From Candidatus Latescibacterota bacterium (GTDB taxonomy: Bacteria; Latescibacterota; UBA2968; UBA8231), in contig CBDETY010000003.1 of NCBI GenBank assembly GCA_965243025.1, positions 1,760,001 to 1,824,000 of the forward strand: 64,000 bases of DNA. The letters are read 5' to 3'. The notes under the pieces were generated by a model, which did not search any database, was not told where the DNA came from, and saw only the letters and a list, made by a program, of their open reading frames with translations. The translations under genes were made by a program, and so were the position numbers. Below are positions 21,666-30,960 of this stretch, one piece after another. How positions within the stretch are numbered: position 1 is the first letter of the stretch; each line of letters opens with the position of its first letter.

Positions 21666-21768
21666 TTTCGAACTCCGACCTTGACGTATGGGAAAAAAAA
21701 CGAGGCTCAGCGAAAACAGCCGAACCTCGCGAGTTCAGTCCCGGTTGCCTCGGACTCCTTCGGGTCCG

Positions 21769-22326
21769 CTATTCCGGGGACGAGAGCATTTCCTCCATGA
21801 AACGGACAATATCCCTGAATGAAATGTAACCGACCGGAATCCCGTCCTCGTCGACCAGTGGGACATGGCGGAAACCGTGAATCCCCATCAGATGCAGGGC
21901 ATGGCTGATGGGATCGGATGGTTTGAGCGCTGACGGTCCAGGCGTCATCAGGCTCTCGACCGGGATGGCGGGGAGGTTTTCAATCAACCCCACCACCTTG
22001 TAGAGGACGTCCCGTTCGGTAAAAATACCGGCAAGCTCACCGCTGTTCCCGGTCACCAGCACACATCCCATGTTGCGGCCCTTGAGACGCGATATCGCTT
22101 CCTCTACGGATGTCTGCAGTTTTACGCATTCTGCCGGTCGCGGGTTCAACTCGAGCAGGGGACGCGTAAAGATGCTGGTCTCCGCCGCGGTCTCGACATC
22201 CTCCATGTACTGCTCGGAGAGGCTCTGGTTGCACTCCTCGCAGACATCGGTTCCGGCGATGTTGTCGTACCCGCACGCAGGACAGATGGCACCCTGGCTT
22301 TCGACATTTCCGGAAAATCCCGTCAC
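21769..22326 (-). CDS. CBS-pair protein with N-terminal zinc ribbon
   Basis: CPACG...CEEC followed by CBS motifs GIFTERD and GFRHVPLVD. Confidence 0.85.
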   Translation of the reverse strand: MTGFSGNVESQGAICPACGYDNIAGTDVCEECNQSLSEQYMEDVETAAETSIFTRPLLELNPRPAECVKLQTSVEEAISRLKGRNMGCVLVTGNSGELAGIFTERDVLYKVVGLIENLPAIPVESLMTPGPSALKPSDPISHALHLMGIHGFRHVPLVDEDGIPVGYISFRDIVRFMEEMLSSPE

Positions 22327-22566
22327 TGCGCTGTCCCATCCAGGTGTTCTTCCCCGGCAGATGGCGAGCTCCCGGGTGTGAAGGCTCCCCGCTCACAGGG
22401 CGCCCGGGCGAGTGCCGGGGGCTGACCGCAAGCAGGGCCAACGCGGCCAGCCGCGGTGAATCGGCGCCAGGATTTCAAGGTCTGGATGGGGCAGAGCGAC
22501 AGAAACCGGGTGCCGGATTCCCGCCGCCGAAGCTCCGGCCTAGGCAAGATCACTGAGCCACTCGAA

Positions 22567-22598
22567 CCGGTTTTCCCGGAGAACCCCGGGAAAATCGG
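22567..22598. other. Inverted repeat downstream of korB
   Basis: ccggttttcccgg / ccgggaaaatcgg, 13-bp stem with one mismatch, no U-tract. Confidence 0.45.
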
Positions 22599-22611
22599 GG
22601 GCTGTCGGCCA

Positions 22612-23634
22612 TCAGATTTCCTCCCAGGTATCGGCGCTGTGCAGAAGACTGTTCAAGTCGCCCTCTCCGTTTTGCTCTATGGCCGTCTCTACCTGCGCTG
22701 TCAGGAGATCCGTGTATGCCGGTTTTTCCACGGAGCGAAGGATGCCGAAAGGCAACGGGAATTCCGGGTTCTCCATACGCGACAGCATGTACGCATAGCT
22801 GGTATTTTCCACCGCTTCCTCGTGCACGATCAAGTCACTCTCGCTCACTCCGTTGCCCAAAGCCACCACCTCGGGATGCTGGCCGCTCATGCGCACACCC
22901 ATGTCCCGGTCCTGGCCGAAGACCAGGGGCTGGCCTTCCTCGACGAAAACGATATTGTCTTCTCGCACATGGGTGTCCGTGGTGTGCTGCCATGCGGTCG
23001 GATGGTAGACTACACAATTCTGAAAAACCTCGACGAACGCGGTTCCGCTGTGCTCGGCCGCACGACGCAACACCTCGCTGAGGTGCTTGGTGTTGGTATC
23101 CTGGGTGCGGGCGACAAAGGTGGCCTCGGCTCCAATCGCCACCGAGATCGGCTGCAGGGGATAGTCGATCGAACCCATCGGGGTCGATTTCGTGCGGTGA
23201 CCGGTCAAGGATGTCGGGGAGTACTGCCCCTTCGTCAGGCCGTATACCCGATTGTTGAAGAGGATGATTTTCAGGTCGACGTTGCGCCGCAGGCAGTGCA
23301 ACAGGTGATTGCCCCCGATCGACAGCCCGTCTCCATCCCCGGTGATGACCCAGACACTCAGGTCCGGGTTGACCGCTTTCAGCCCGGTTGCAATTGTCGG
23401 CGCCCTGCCGTGGATGGAGTGTATTCCGTACGTGTCCATGTAGTAGGGAAACCGGCTCGAGCAGCCGATGCCGGAGACGAAAACGATCTTCTCCCTGGAA
23501 ACACCCACCTCGGGCAGTATTTTCTGCATCTGTGCCAGAATGGCGTAGTCACCGCATCCGGGACACCATCGCACCTCCTGGTCTGACACGAAGTCCTTTC
23601 GCGTCAACTTGGTTTCAGCAACTACCTCACTCAT
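22612..23634 (-). CDS. korB: 2-oxoacid:ferredoxin oxidoreductase beta subunit
   Basis: WCPGCGD, SGIGCSSR, GDGDG TPP motif, YGLTKGQYSPT. Confidence 0.93.
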   Translation of the reverse strand: MSEVVAETKLTRKDFVSDQEVRWCPGCGDYAILAQMQKILPEVGVSREKIVFVSGIGCSSRFPYYMDTYGIHSIHGRAPTIATGLKAVNPDLSVWVITGDGDGLSIGGNHLLHCLRRNVDLKIILFNNRVYGLTKGQYSPTSLTGHRTKSTPMGSIDYPLQPISVAIGAEATFVARTQDTNTKHLSEVLRRAAEHSGTAFVEVFQNCVVYHPTAWQHTTDTHVREDNIVFVEEGQPLVFGQDRDMGVRMSGQHPEVVALGNGVSESDLIVHEEAVENTSYAYMLSRMENPEFPLPFGILRSVEKPAYTDLLTAQVETAIEQNGEGDLNSLLHSADTWEEI

Positions 23635-23657
23635 GTCGTATTCCTGACGGCGGTTTC

Positions 23658-25532
23658 TCACTCCAGTACGTCATCGATTTTGGCGGCAATCTCCCGGATC
23701 TGGAACGGCTGCCCCTGCACCTTGCTCAACGAGATAACCCTTACCGGGTAACGCCCCTGAATCAGCAGGGCCAGCTGCCCCAGATTCAATTCCGGTACCA
23801 AAACCTGGCGGTAACGGCCGAGGACGTTTCCGAGATTGCGCGGGAACGGGTTCAGATAACGCAGGTGGGCACTGGCTACCGACTTGCCCTCAGCGGCCGC
23901 TTGACGAACCGCCGTTTTGATCGCTCCGAACGTACCTCCCCAGCCCAACACCAACAAATCGGCCTGATCGGGGCCTTCGACTTCCAGTTCGGGGATGAAA
24001 TCGGCGATGCCGGCTATCTTTTGCGCCCTCCTGGCGATGATTTCCTCGTGGTCGAGTGGAGCATACGACACATCCCCGGTACCGTCCCGCTTGCCGAGAC
24101 CGCCAATGCGGTGCTCCAGCCCCGGGGTTCCCGGCAGGACCCACGGTCTCGCCAGAGTCTCGGAGTTTCTCATATAGGGTTGGTAACCTGAAGGGTCGGT
24201 GCGGTGCTCGACGACCATCGGTTCGATCTCGTCGACATCGGGAATCTTCCAGGGTTCCGAGTTGTTGGCGAGGTAGCCATCCGACAAGAGGTAAACCGGG
24301 GTCATGTAGCGTACGGCGATGCGAAAAGCCTGAAGGGCGAGGTCGAAACACTCCCCCGAGGTAGCCGCCGCGAGCACGGGGACCGGACTTTCTCCGTTGC
24401 GGCCGTACAAAACGGACAGCAGATCAGCCTGTTCGGTTTTTGTCGGCAGACCTGTGCTCGGACCTCCGCGTTGGACATCGATCACCAGCAGAGGAAGTTC
24501 CAGAGCGACAGCCAGATTGACTCCCTCGCTCTTTAGCGAGATTCCGGGACCACTGCTCGCGGTGGCGGCCAACGCCCCGCCGAAAGCGGCGCCGATCACC
24601 GATCCGATGGCGGCGATTTCGTCTTCAGCCTGAAATGTGCGGACGTTGAAGTGCTTGAGGGTGGACAGCTCCTCGAGTATGGGACTGGCCGGTGTGATCG
24701 GATAACTCCCGTAGAAGAGCGGCTTGCTTGCCTTTCTGGCGGCGGTCACCAACCCGAGAACAAGGGCTTCGTTGCCGGTTATGCGGCGGTACGTGCCGGG
24801 CTCCACGTGCGTGCGTCCGGGGACGCGCAGGCGCGACTGAAACGTCTCGGTTGTCTCGCCGAAATGGTAGCCCGCCTTGAGAGCGCGGGTGTTTGCCTCC
24901 ACGACCTGGGGATTCTTGCCAAACTTTCTCCGGTAAAAATTCAGAGTCGTTTCGAGCGGCCGGTCGAACATCCAGAAAGCCAGCCCAAGCGCAAAGGCAT
25001 TTTTGCACAAGTCCTTTTGCTGGTTCGACATGCCATCGATGCCCTCGAGCGCCCTGCGCGTCATGGAGGTCAGGGCGACCTCATGCAATTCGTAGCCGTT
25101 GAGGGAATCCCCATTGAGCGGTGACTCGGCGTATCCGGCTTTTCGCAAGTTGGTTTTTGTGAAAGCATCGCTGTTGGCGATGATGACCCCTCCCGGCTCC
25201 AGGTCTTCCAGGTTTGCCCTGAGTGCCGCCGGGTTCATTGCCACCAGAACCTGGGGTTGATCCCCTGCCGTGAAGAGATCGGAAGAGCCGAAGTGGACCT
25301 GGAAGCCGCTCAGGCCGGGAATCGTCCCTGCAGGTGCCCGGATTTCCGCCGGGATATCGGGAAAGGTACTGACGTCGTTGCCGAAAACCGCGGAGGTGTT
25401 GGTGAACTGCTCCCCCGTCAACTGCATTCCGTCTCCGGAATCCCCGGAGAAACGGATGACGACGGATTCGCGGGTTTCGGCCCCTTCATCTTTCCCCGAG
25501 GGATGCAGCTTGGAAGGCGCCGACTCTGCCAT
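23658..25532 (-). CDS. korA: 2-oxoacid:ferredoxin oxidoreductase alpha subunit (gamma-fused)
   Basis: SGDSGDGMQL, YPITPAS, QAEDEIAA, QRGGPSTGLPTK. Confidence 0.93.
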   Translation of the reverse strand: MAESAPSKLHPSGKDEGAETRESVVIRFSGDSGDGMQLTGEQFTNTSAVFGNDVSTFPDIPAEIRAPAGTIPGLSGFQVHFGSSDLFTAGDQPQVLVAMNPAALRANLEDLEPGGVIIANSDAFTKTNLRKAGYAESPLNGDSLNGYELHEVALTSMTRRALEGIDGMSNQQKDLCKNAFALGLAFWMFDRPLETTLNFYRRKFGKNPQVVEANTRALKAGYHFGETTETFQSRLRVPGRTHVEPGTYRRITGNEALVLGLVTAARKASKPLFYGSYPITPASPILEELSTLKHFNVRTFQAEDEIAAIGSVIGAAFGGALAATASSGPGISLKSEGVNLAVALELPLLVIDVQRGGPSTGLPTKTEQADLLSVLYGRNGESPVPVLAAATSGECFDLALQAFRIAVRYMTPVYLLSDGYLANNSEPWKIPDVDEIEPMVVEHRTDPSGYQPYMRNSETLARPWVLPGTPGLEHRIGGLGKRDGTGDVSYAPLDHEEIIARRAQKIAGIADFIPELEVEGPDQADLLVLGWGGTFGAIKTAVRQAAAEGKSVASAHLRYLNPFPRNLGNVLGRYRQVLVPELNLGQLALLIQGRYPVRVISLSKVQGQPFQIREIAAKIDDVLE

Positions 25533-25624
25533 GGAGGAGCTACTCCTGCCGATCGGAGGAGAATGAAAGGAGAGGGTACCGCTGATCCACATCCAGTCCC
25601 CGGGAGCCCGCGCAGGCCATCACC

Positions 25625-26092
25625 TCACGCACCTTCCCGTGTTGTCGGAATCATCTCGGGATCCGGGGGCAAGTTGTAGATCTCTCGGGGAAAATGGTCG
25701 GTCAGAAACGTTATCATTGCCTGTTGCGACAGATTGCCGATCACGGCACCGGATTGGTCGCGGACCGGGACGTTTCGGTAATCGCCGGCGTTCATCAGCT
25801 GCAGGGCGCGACCGACCGATGTGTCGGACGTAACTGTCTGCGGATCAGCCGTCATCAGGTCATCGACCACCTGGTCGAGGGCGGACGGGTTGTCCGCCAC
25901 CTTGAGCAGAACGTCCCGTTCGGTGAAAATTCCGATCAGGCCGTTCCCGTTCTGAACCAGGATGGCACTGACTCTGCTTCGGCGCATCCGCACCAAGGCT
26001 TCACGCACTTTGGTGCCGGTCTTGACGGTTGCGAAAGAGGTGAGATCGAGGTGGGTTACTCGCTGTTGTTGCAGATCGATTTCGACGGTCAT
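25625..26092 (-). CDS. Stand-alone CBS-pair protein
   Basis: GIFTERDVL, YRNVPV; first gene upstream of korA. Confidence 0.88.
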   Translation of the reverse strand: MTVEIDLQQQRVTHLDLTSFATVKTGTKVREALVRMRRSRVSAILVQNGNGLIGIFTERDVLLKVADNPSALDQVVDDLMTADPQTVTSDTSVGRALQLMNAGDYRNVPVRDQSGAVIGNLSQQAMITFLTDHFPREIYNLPPDPEMIPTTREGA

Positions 26093-26142
26093 GGGGAGGT
26101 TTGCAAAATCGTGTAATTCGCCGAAAACACAGTGGTTACACC

Positions 26143-26170
26143 AATATACAGCCGTGCATTACAGCGTCAA
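26143..26170 (-). promoter_or_regulatory. sigma70-type promoter for CBS-korAB
   Basis: TTGACG-16bp-TATATT. Confidence 0.55.
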
Positions 26171-26222
26171 GCAATCCGCCCTTCCGACCTGTGCCGAAAG
26201 GGCTTTTTTCCGCACCTCCCCT

Positions 26223-28532
26223 TCACTGAGGGGTTCCTTCGGCCACAATCCTCCCACCATCCGCTCCGCTCCCGGGGCCAAGAACCAGGATCCAACCAGC
26301 GTTTTTCACCAGCTCGGGATGGCGGTCCGCGACGATGACGGTGGCCTTTTTCGACACAATCTCAGCGAGCAGCTCCACCAAGGCGGATGCGTCTTCCGGA
26401 TGCGCTCCCGCCAGGGGAGCATCCAGGAGCAGCAGGTCCTTCTCCGATGCCCGCCAGAGTGAGGCTGCAAGTTCGAGCCGAAGCCTCTCGGCGAACTCCA
26501 GCCTGCCTGCAGATTGGCCCAATCGGTATCCCCCCATTCCAAATCTGGAGAGCGTATCCAGGGGCGGGGCAATTCTCCCTTCCCGACTGAAATGCCGCCT
26601 TGCCTCATCCACGGTCATGTCGAGGATATCGTTCGGCGAGCGGCCGCGGTGAGTGATCTTCCCTGCTTCCTCGGAGTACCTGCCTCCTTCACAGCCGGAA
26701 CAGGGTGCGGCAACGTCCGCGAGGAAATCGATGGGCAAGCGGAGCCGGCCGGTGCCTTCGCATATTCTGCAGCGTCCACCTGGCCGGTCCAGGTGAAACC
26801 ACCCCGGTTTCAGGCCGAGGGCTACGGCAGCCGGCTGCCTGGAGAACAGGGCGGCAACCGGCCCCAGCAGTCGGATTGTTTGAACCACTGGTTCATCTTC
26901 ATGGCCCCGCAGGTCCCGCAGATCGGTCAGGCGCCGGAGGCTTGCCGTCCTGGCGGAGGCAGGGCCACGCCCCGCTCCTGCGCGCCGCAGTCCGGAGCCG
27001 CCTCCTGAACCCCCAGGCCGTATCGATGGAGCGATAATGTCTCGCAGCAGGCTGGTTGCCCCGGCTCCGGAGCCTCCGGTCACAACGACAAGCCTTCCCG
27101 TGGGAATCTCGACGTCGACCGGGCCCAAGTTGCTGTTTCCCCGGTCTCCCGGATCGCGAATGATAATCGAGGTCGCCGACTCCCCTGGTTCCGAGCAGCC
27201 GACCAGGGGGACGGCCTTCTTTCCGCCAGCACCGCCGACTACCGGATCGGGAGCGGCAAAAACCTCCCCGTGTCGGAAAGCGGAAACCCGGTCGCTTGCG
27301 GCAAACACCGCCGGGTCATTGTCCAGTACAACCACGGTGTTGCCGCCAGCGGCCAGCTCTCTGAGGACCCGAATTGCCTCCCCCAGATGGGTCTCCTCGA
27401 GTCCAGAGCAGGGCTCCACCACGTAAAGGACGCCCGTCAGTGCCCTGCTCGCAGTCAGTGCAAGCACCAGCCGCAGCCACTCTCCCGAGGCCAGGTCCCC
27501 TGTCGACCGGTGCAGCGGAAGGTGATGCAGGCCGAAACCTGAAAGACGGGACAACATGGCGGTTGCTTCTTCCAGGGCCCCTTCAGAGAGCGCGTCCCGC
27601 ATGCCGGAGGTTGAGTCGCGCACATCGCCAAGCCAGGAGATGGCCCGATCAATTCCCATCTCCAGGACAGCCTGGAGGGCACTCCCGGCCAGGGAGAATC
27701 CGACGCCGCTGCTGTCGGATACAGCATCGTCGGTTTGCAGCAACCCCTCACCCGACACGCCGGGATATTCCCGGCCGCAGGAGGTGCAGGTGAGTTGCTG
27801 GTTCAGGGGTATGGTTGCTTTCTTCACGACCAGCAGGGAGCGCCCGCCCGACATGACACGGGCGGTCCGCAAGGCTTCGCCGATGCGACCGAGGGCGTCA
27901 TCGCCGATGTCGACGCGGTCGACCACTACCTCCAGAGTATCGCCGAGCTCTGCCACGGCTTCCGAATCGACCTCCTCACTCCGCCGGACCCCCCCGTTGA
28001 CCAGGATGCGGGGAAAGCCGGCTCGCCTGATTTCCTCGAGAACTGCTGCCGGCTCGCCCCCTGCCTGCAATGCTACCGGGGCTACAACGAGTGCCCGGGT
28101 TCCCGCGAATGAGTCGACGGCATGCCGCGCCGCCTCGGCAACCCCGTAACCCGTACAGCGGCCGTCGCATGCGGGACATGTACTCTCCCCGAGGCGTTCG
28201 AACAGCACCGAAGCCAGTTCTGTGAACCGGAGGAAATCCGCGATCGTTCGGCGCGGCGGGGTTCCCGGAAGCAGTATCGCCGGTGGAAGTCCGAGGATCT
28301 CCTCCACTTCGGCTTTCTGAAGACCGGAATGGAATTCGCGTTCGAATGCGGAAAGTGCCTGCAAGTAGCGCCGTCTTCCCTCGCGGTACAGGACATCGAC
28401 GGCAAGCGTCCGGGCACCGCCACCCGCCGGACCCGTGAAGCAATTGAGCTGGCCGAGCGGAATGTCGAGATCAACCCCTTGCAGACATCCTTCGCGTGCT
28501 CCGCGGATGGCGATCACACCCTTCTCACTCAT
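26223..28532 (-). CDS. UvrA-like protein with degenerate ATPase motifs
   Basis: IRGARE..L..VDLDIP, LYREGRRRYLQALS, Zn ligands CPAC/CTSC and CRIC/CSGC, C-terminal LGPGSGADGGRIVAEGTP. Walker A motifs read GPAGGGART and GGSGAGATS. Confidence 0.85.
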   Translation of the reverse strand: MSEKGVIAIRGAREGCLQGVDLDIPLGQLNCFTGPAGGGARTLAVDVLYREGRRRYLQALSAFEREFHSGLQKAEVEEILGLPPAILLPGTPPRRTIADFLRFTELASVLFERLGESTCPACDGRCTGYGVAEAARHAVDSFAGTRALVVAPVALQAGGEPAAVLEEIRRAGFPRILVNGGVRRSEEVDSEAVAELGDTLEVVVDRVDIGDDALGRIGEALRTARVMSGGRSLLVVKKATIPLNQQLTCTSCGREYPGVSGEGLLQTDDAVSDSSGVGFSLAGSALQAVLEMGIDRAISWLGDVRDSTSGMRDALSEGALEEATAMLSRLSGFGLHHLPLHRSTGDLASGEWLRLVLALTASRALTGVLYVVEPCSGLEETHLGEAIRVLRELAAGGNTVVVLDNDPAVFAASDRVSAFRHGEVFAAPDPVVGGAGGKKAVPLVGCSEPGESATSIIIRDPGDRGNSNLGPVDVEIPTGRLVVVTGGSGAGATSLLRDIIAPSIRPGGSGGGSGLRRAGAGRGPASARTASLRRLTDLRDLRGHEDEPVVQTIRLLGPVAALFSRQPAAVALGLKPGWFHLDRPGGRCRICEGTGRLRLPIDFLADVAAPCSGCEGGRYSEEAGKITHRGRSPNDILDMTVDEARRHFSREGRIAPPLDTLSRFGMGGYRLGQSAGRLEFAERLRLELAASLWRASEKDLLLLDAPLAGAHPEDASALVELLAEIVSKKATVIVADRHPELVKNAGWILVLGPGSGADGGRIVAEGTPQ

Positions 28533-28782
28533 TGCCCCTAACGGCCCCTCCTGCAATCTCGGACAATACCCCTCGATTCATACGGGTTCCCTCCGCCTGC
28601 CCCATGGCAGCCCGTTGATAAAGTTGCTCTGCAGGCGAGGCCGAGTCATGGCGGTCGAAGACAAGGCGCGCGACCGAGTCGAATCGAGGGATTCGGGGAG
28701 GGAGCATAACGCCGGATTCGACCGCCAGGGCCGGCCGCAGCCCGGATGGACTTTTTCAACGGGCTGATAGGCATCGGGTGTC

Positions 28783-28811
28783 TTGACGCTCCCAGCCGGC
28801 TGGCGTATGAT
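28783..28811 (+). promoter_or_regulatory. sigma70-type promoter for the downstream sigma factor
   Basis: TTGACG-17bp-TATGAT. Confidence 0.7.
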
Positions 28812-28901
28812 TCGCCGTGCTGACCTCGCAGCAGGCAGCAGTTCGTTGCCGGCCGGCTTGATGCCGACTCCACTCCCCTACCGCAACTGGAGATCGAGTT
28901 C

Positions 28902-29888
28902 ATGCTGGATTCCATGCACGACGGCGAAAACGCCATCCGCCTCTACTTCAGCGACATTACCGATTCCAAGCCGCTCTCGCGCGAACGGGAGGTCGAGCTT
29001 TCGGCGCGGATAAACAAGGGTGATATGGAAGCCCGCAACGAGCTCGTGCAGGCGAACTTGCGCTTCGTCATCGACGTGGCCAAGAACTATCAGAACCGCG
29101 GCCTCTCCTTGCCGGACCTCATCAGCGCCGGCAACCTCGGCCTGTTGACTGCGGCGGAACGCTTCGACGGCACCCGGGGTTTCAAGTTCATCTCGTACGC
29201 GGTCTGGTGGATCCGCCAATCCATTTTGCAGGCGGTTGCCGACCAGGCGCGAACCGTTCGCCTTCCCCTGAACAAGCTGTCTCAGTTGCGGGAGATCTCC
29301 GAGGCAGCCCGCAAGCTCGGGCAGGGACGCGAGAACGAGCCAAACGTAGACGACATTGCGGAGGAACTCGAGATACCCGCGCAGGATGTCGTAAACACCC
29401 TGTTGAGCGGACGAAGCGTACGTTCCCTCGATGAGACCTTCGAAAAGGACGACGACCGAAACCTGCTCGATACCCTGACCGATGCCGCTCAGAGCATGCC
29501 GGACAGCGGCCTTGTGGGAGAATCCGCCCGCGCCCAGATCGATGAGATCCTGCAACACCTCGACGGGCGCGAAGGATACGTCATCCTGCGCTACTTCGGC
29601 CTTGACGGCGACGAACCGCTGACTCTCGACCAGATCGGGGACCAACTGGGCGTTACCCGAGAGCGCATCAGGCAGATCAAAGAAAGGGCGCTCAGCCGCC
29701 TGCGTCACCCGTCCTGCTATCCCCCCTTCTTCGGGGGCATCCCTCAGAACGGGCTGCCCGGGCTCGACGAACCCGAACTACCTGGTCTTCCACACCTTGA
29801 AGGGGGGCCGGCCTTCGACCCCTTTGACCCGGCTCCCCCGGAAACCGGTGCCCCGCCCGATACGGATTCAACCGACAACGACTTCTAG
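28902..29888 (+). CDS. RpoD/RpoS-family sigma70 factor lacking region 1.1, with acidic Pro-rich C-tail
   Basis: ANLRFV, DLISAGNLGL, FKFISYAVWWIRQ, TRERIRQI. Confidence 0.93.
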   Translation: MLDSMHDGENAIRLYFSDITDSKPLSREREVELSARINKGDMEARNELVQANLRFVIDVAKNYQNRGLSLPDLISAGNLGLLTAAERFDGTRGFKFISYAVWWIRQSILQAVADQARTVRLPLNKLSQLREISEAARKLGQGRENEPNVDDIAEELEIPAQDVVNTLLSGRSVRSLDETFEKDDDRNLLDTLTDAAQSMPDSGLVGESARAQIDEILQHLDGREGYVILRYFGLDGDEPLTLDQIGDQLGVTRERIRQIKERALSRLRHPSCYPPFFGGIPQNGLPGLDEPELPGLPHLEGGPAFDPFDPAPPETGAPPDTDSTDNDF

Positions 29889-30117
29889 TGTCCCGTCGCA
29901 GAAATATCTCGACATCGGGACGCCGATCCATTGAGGGGAAAAATCGCGGTTTAATGAAACCCTCATCCGGTGCGATTTTTCCCCTCAATCCCGGCTCACG
30001 GCGTTGCCTTCGATGGCCGTACACCCTCGGTACGACTCGCTCAGGCGCCTTGTGAGCCGGGCGCCCCGGCATTCCGATTCTGTCAATCTGTCTCTGCGAC
30101 GGGACACCAGCTTCCTG

Positions 30118-30960
30118 GTGCGGGCGGCTCTACCCTTCCTCGTCGCGGCGCTGCCGCTCAGGGGCATTGCGGGGGAAACCCCAACTGCTCCATTCCCTCA
30201 CCAAATCCTCGACCGCGTCCTCAAGGAGCACGTCGCTGACACAGGTGAGGTAGATTACCGCGCTCTGCAGTTACAGCAGCACGACCTCGCCGCCTACGTC
30301 GACAGCCTGGCCCTGGTCAGCCCGAAGTCCCACGGCAGTCGATTCTCAGGAACCGGAGACAGACTCGCCTACTGGATCAACGCCTACAACGGCCTGGTCC
30401 TGAAGGGGGTGGTTGCGGCGTATCCGGTGGCCAGCGTAATGGCGATCGTCACCGAGGGGTGGTTCTTCAGGGAACAGAAGTTCGTGGTAGGCGGAGTGGA
30501 GATGACCCTCGATCACCTCGAGAACCGGATCATCCGTCCGGAATTCAGGGATGCCCGTATCCACTTTGCCATCAACTGCGCGGCAGCGAGCTGTCCGCGG
30601 CTCGAGAATCGCGCCTTTGACGGTCCCACCCTCGAGCAGCGCCTCGAAGCGGCGACGAAACGCTTCTCCCGTACTGCTTCCCACGTACGTATAGACCGGG
30701 ATGCGCGGATCGTGTACCTGTCGAAAATCATGGAGTGGTTCGCCCGGGACTTCCAAGCGGATTCTTCAGCGCCGAACCAGAACGGACACGGGGCCCTGAG
30801 CCCGCAGCTACGCTTCCTCCTGCCCTATCTGCGGCCGAGCGACGCGGAATACCTCAGGGGGAATCCCGACATTGCCGTAACCTTTGTCGAATACGACTGG
30901 GCGTTGAACGACAGAGTGTATCCCGACCCTGAACCGGACCGGGATTCGGGGGCTAATTGA
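30118..30960 (+). CDS. DUF547 domain exported protein
   Basis: LAYWINAYN, DARIHFAINCAAASCP, LSKIMEWFARDF, YDWALN. Start uncertain. Confidence 0.85.
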   Translation: MRAALPFLVAALPLRGIAGETPTAPFPHQILDRVLKEHVADTGEVDYRALQLQQHDLAAYVDSLALVSPKSHGSRFSGTGDRLAYWINAYNGLVLKGVVAAYPVASVMAIVTEGWFFREQKFVVGGVEMTLDHLENRIIRPEFRDARIHFAINCAAASCPRLENRAFDGPTLEQRLEAATKRFSRTASHVRIDRDARIVYLSKIMEWFARDFQADSSAPNQNGHGALSPQLRFLLPYLRPSDAEYLRGNPDIAVTFVEYDWALNDRVYPDPEPDRDSGAN

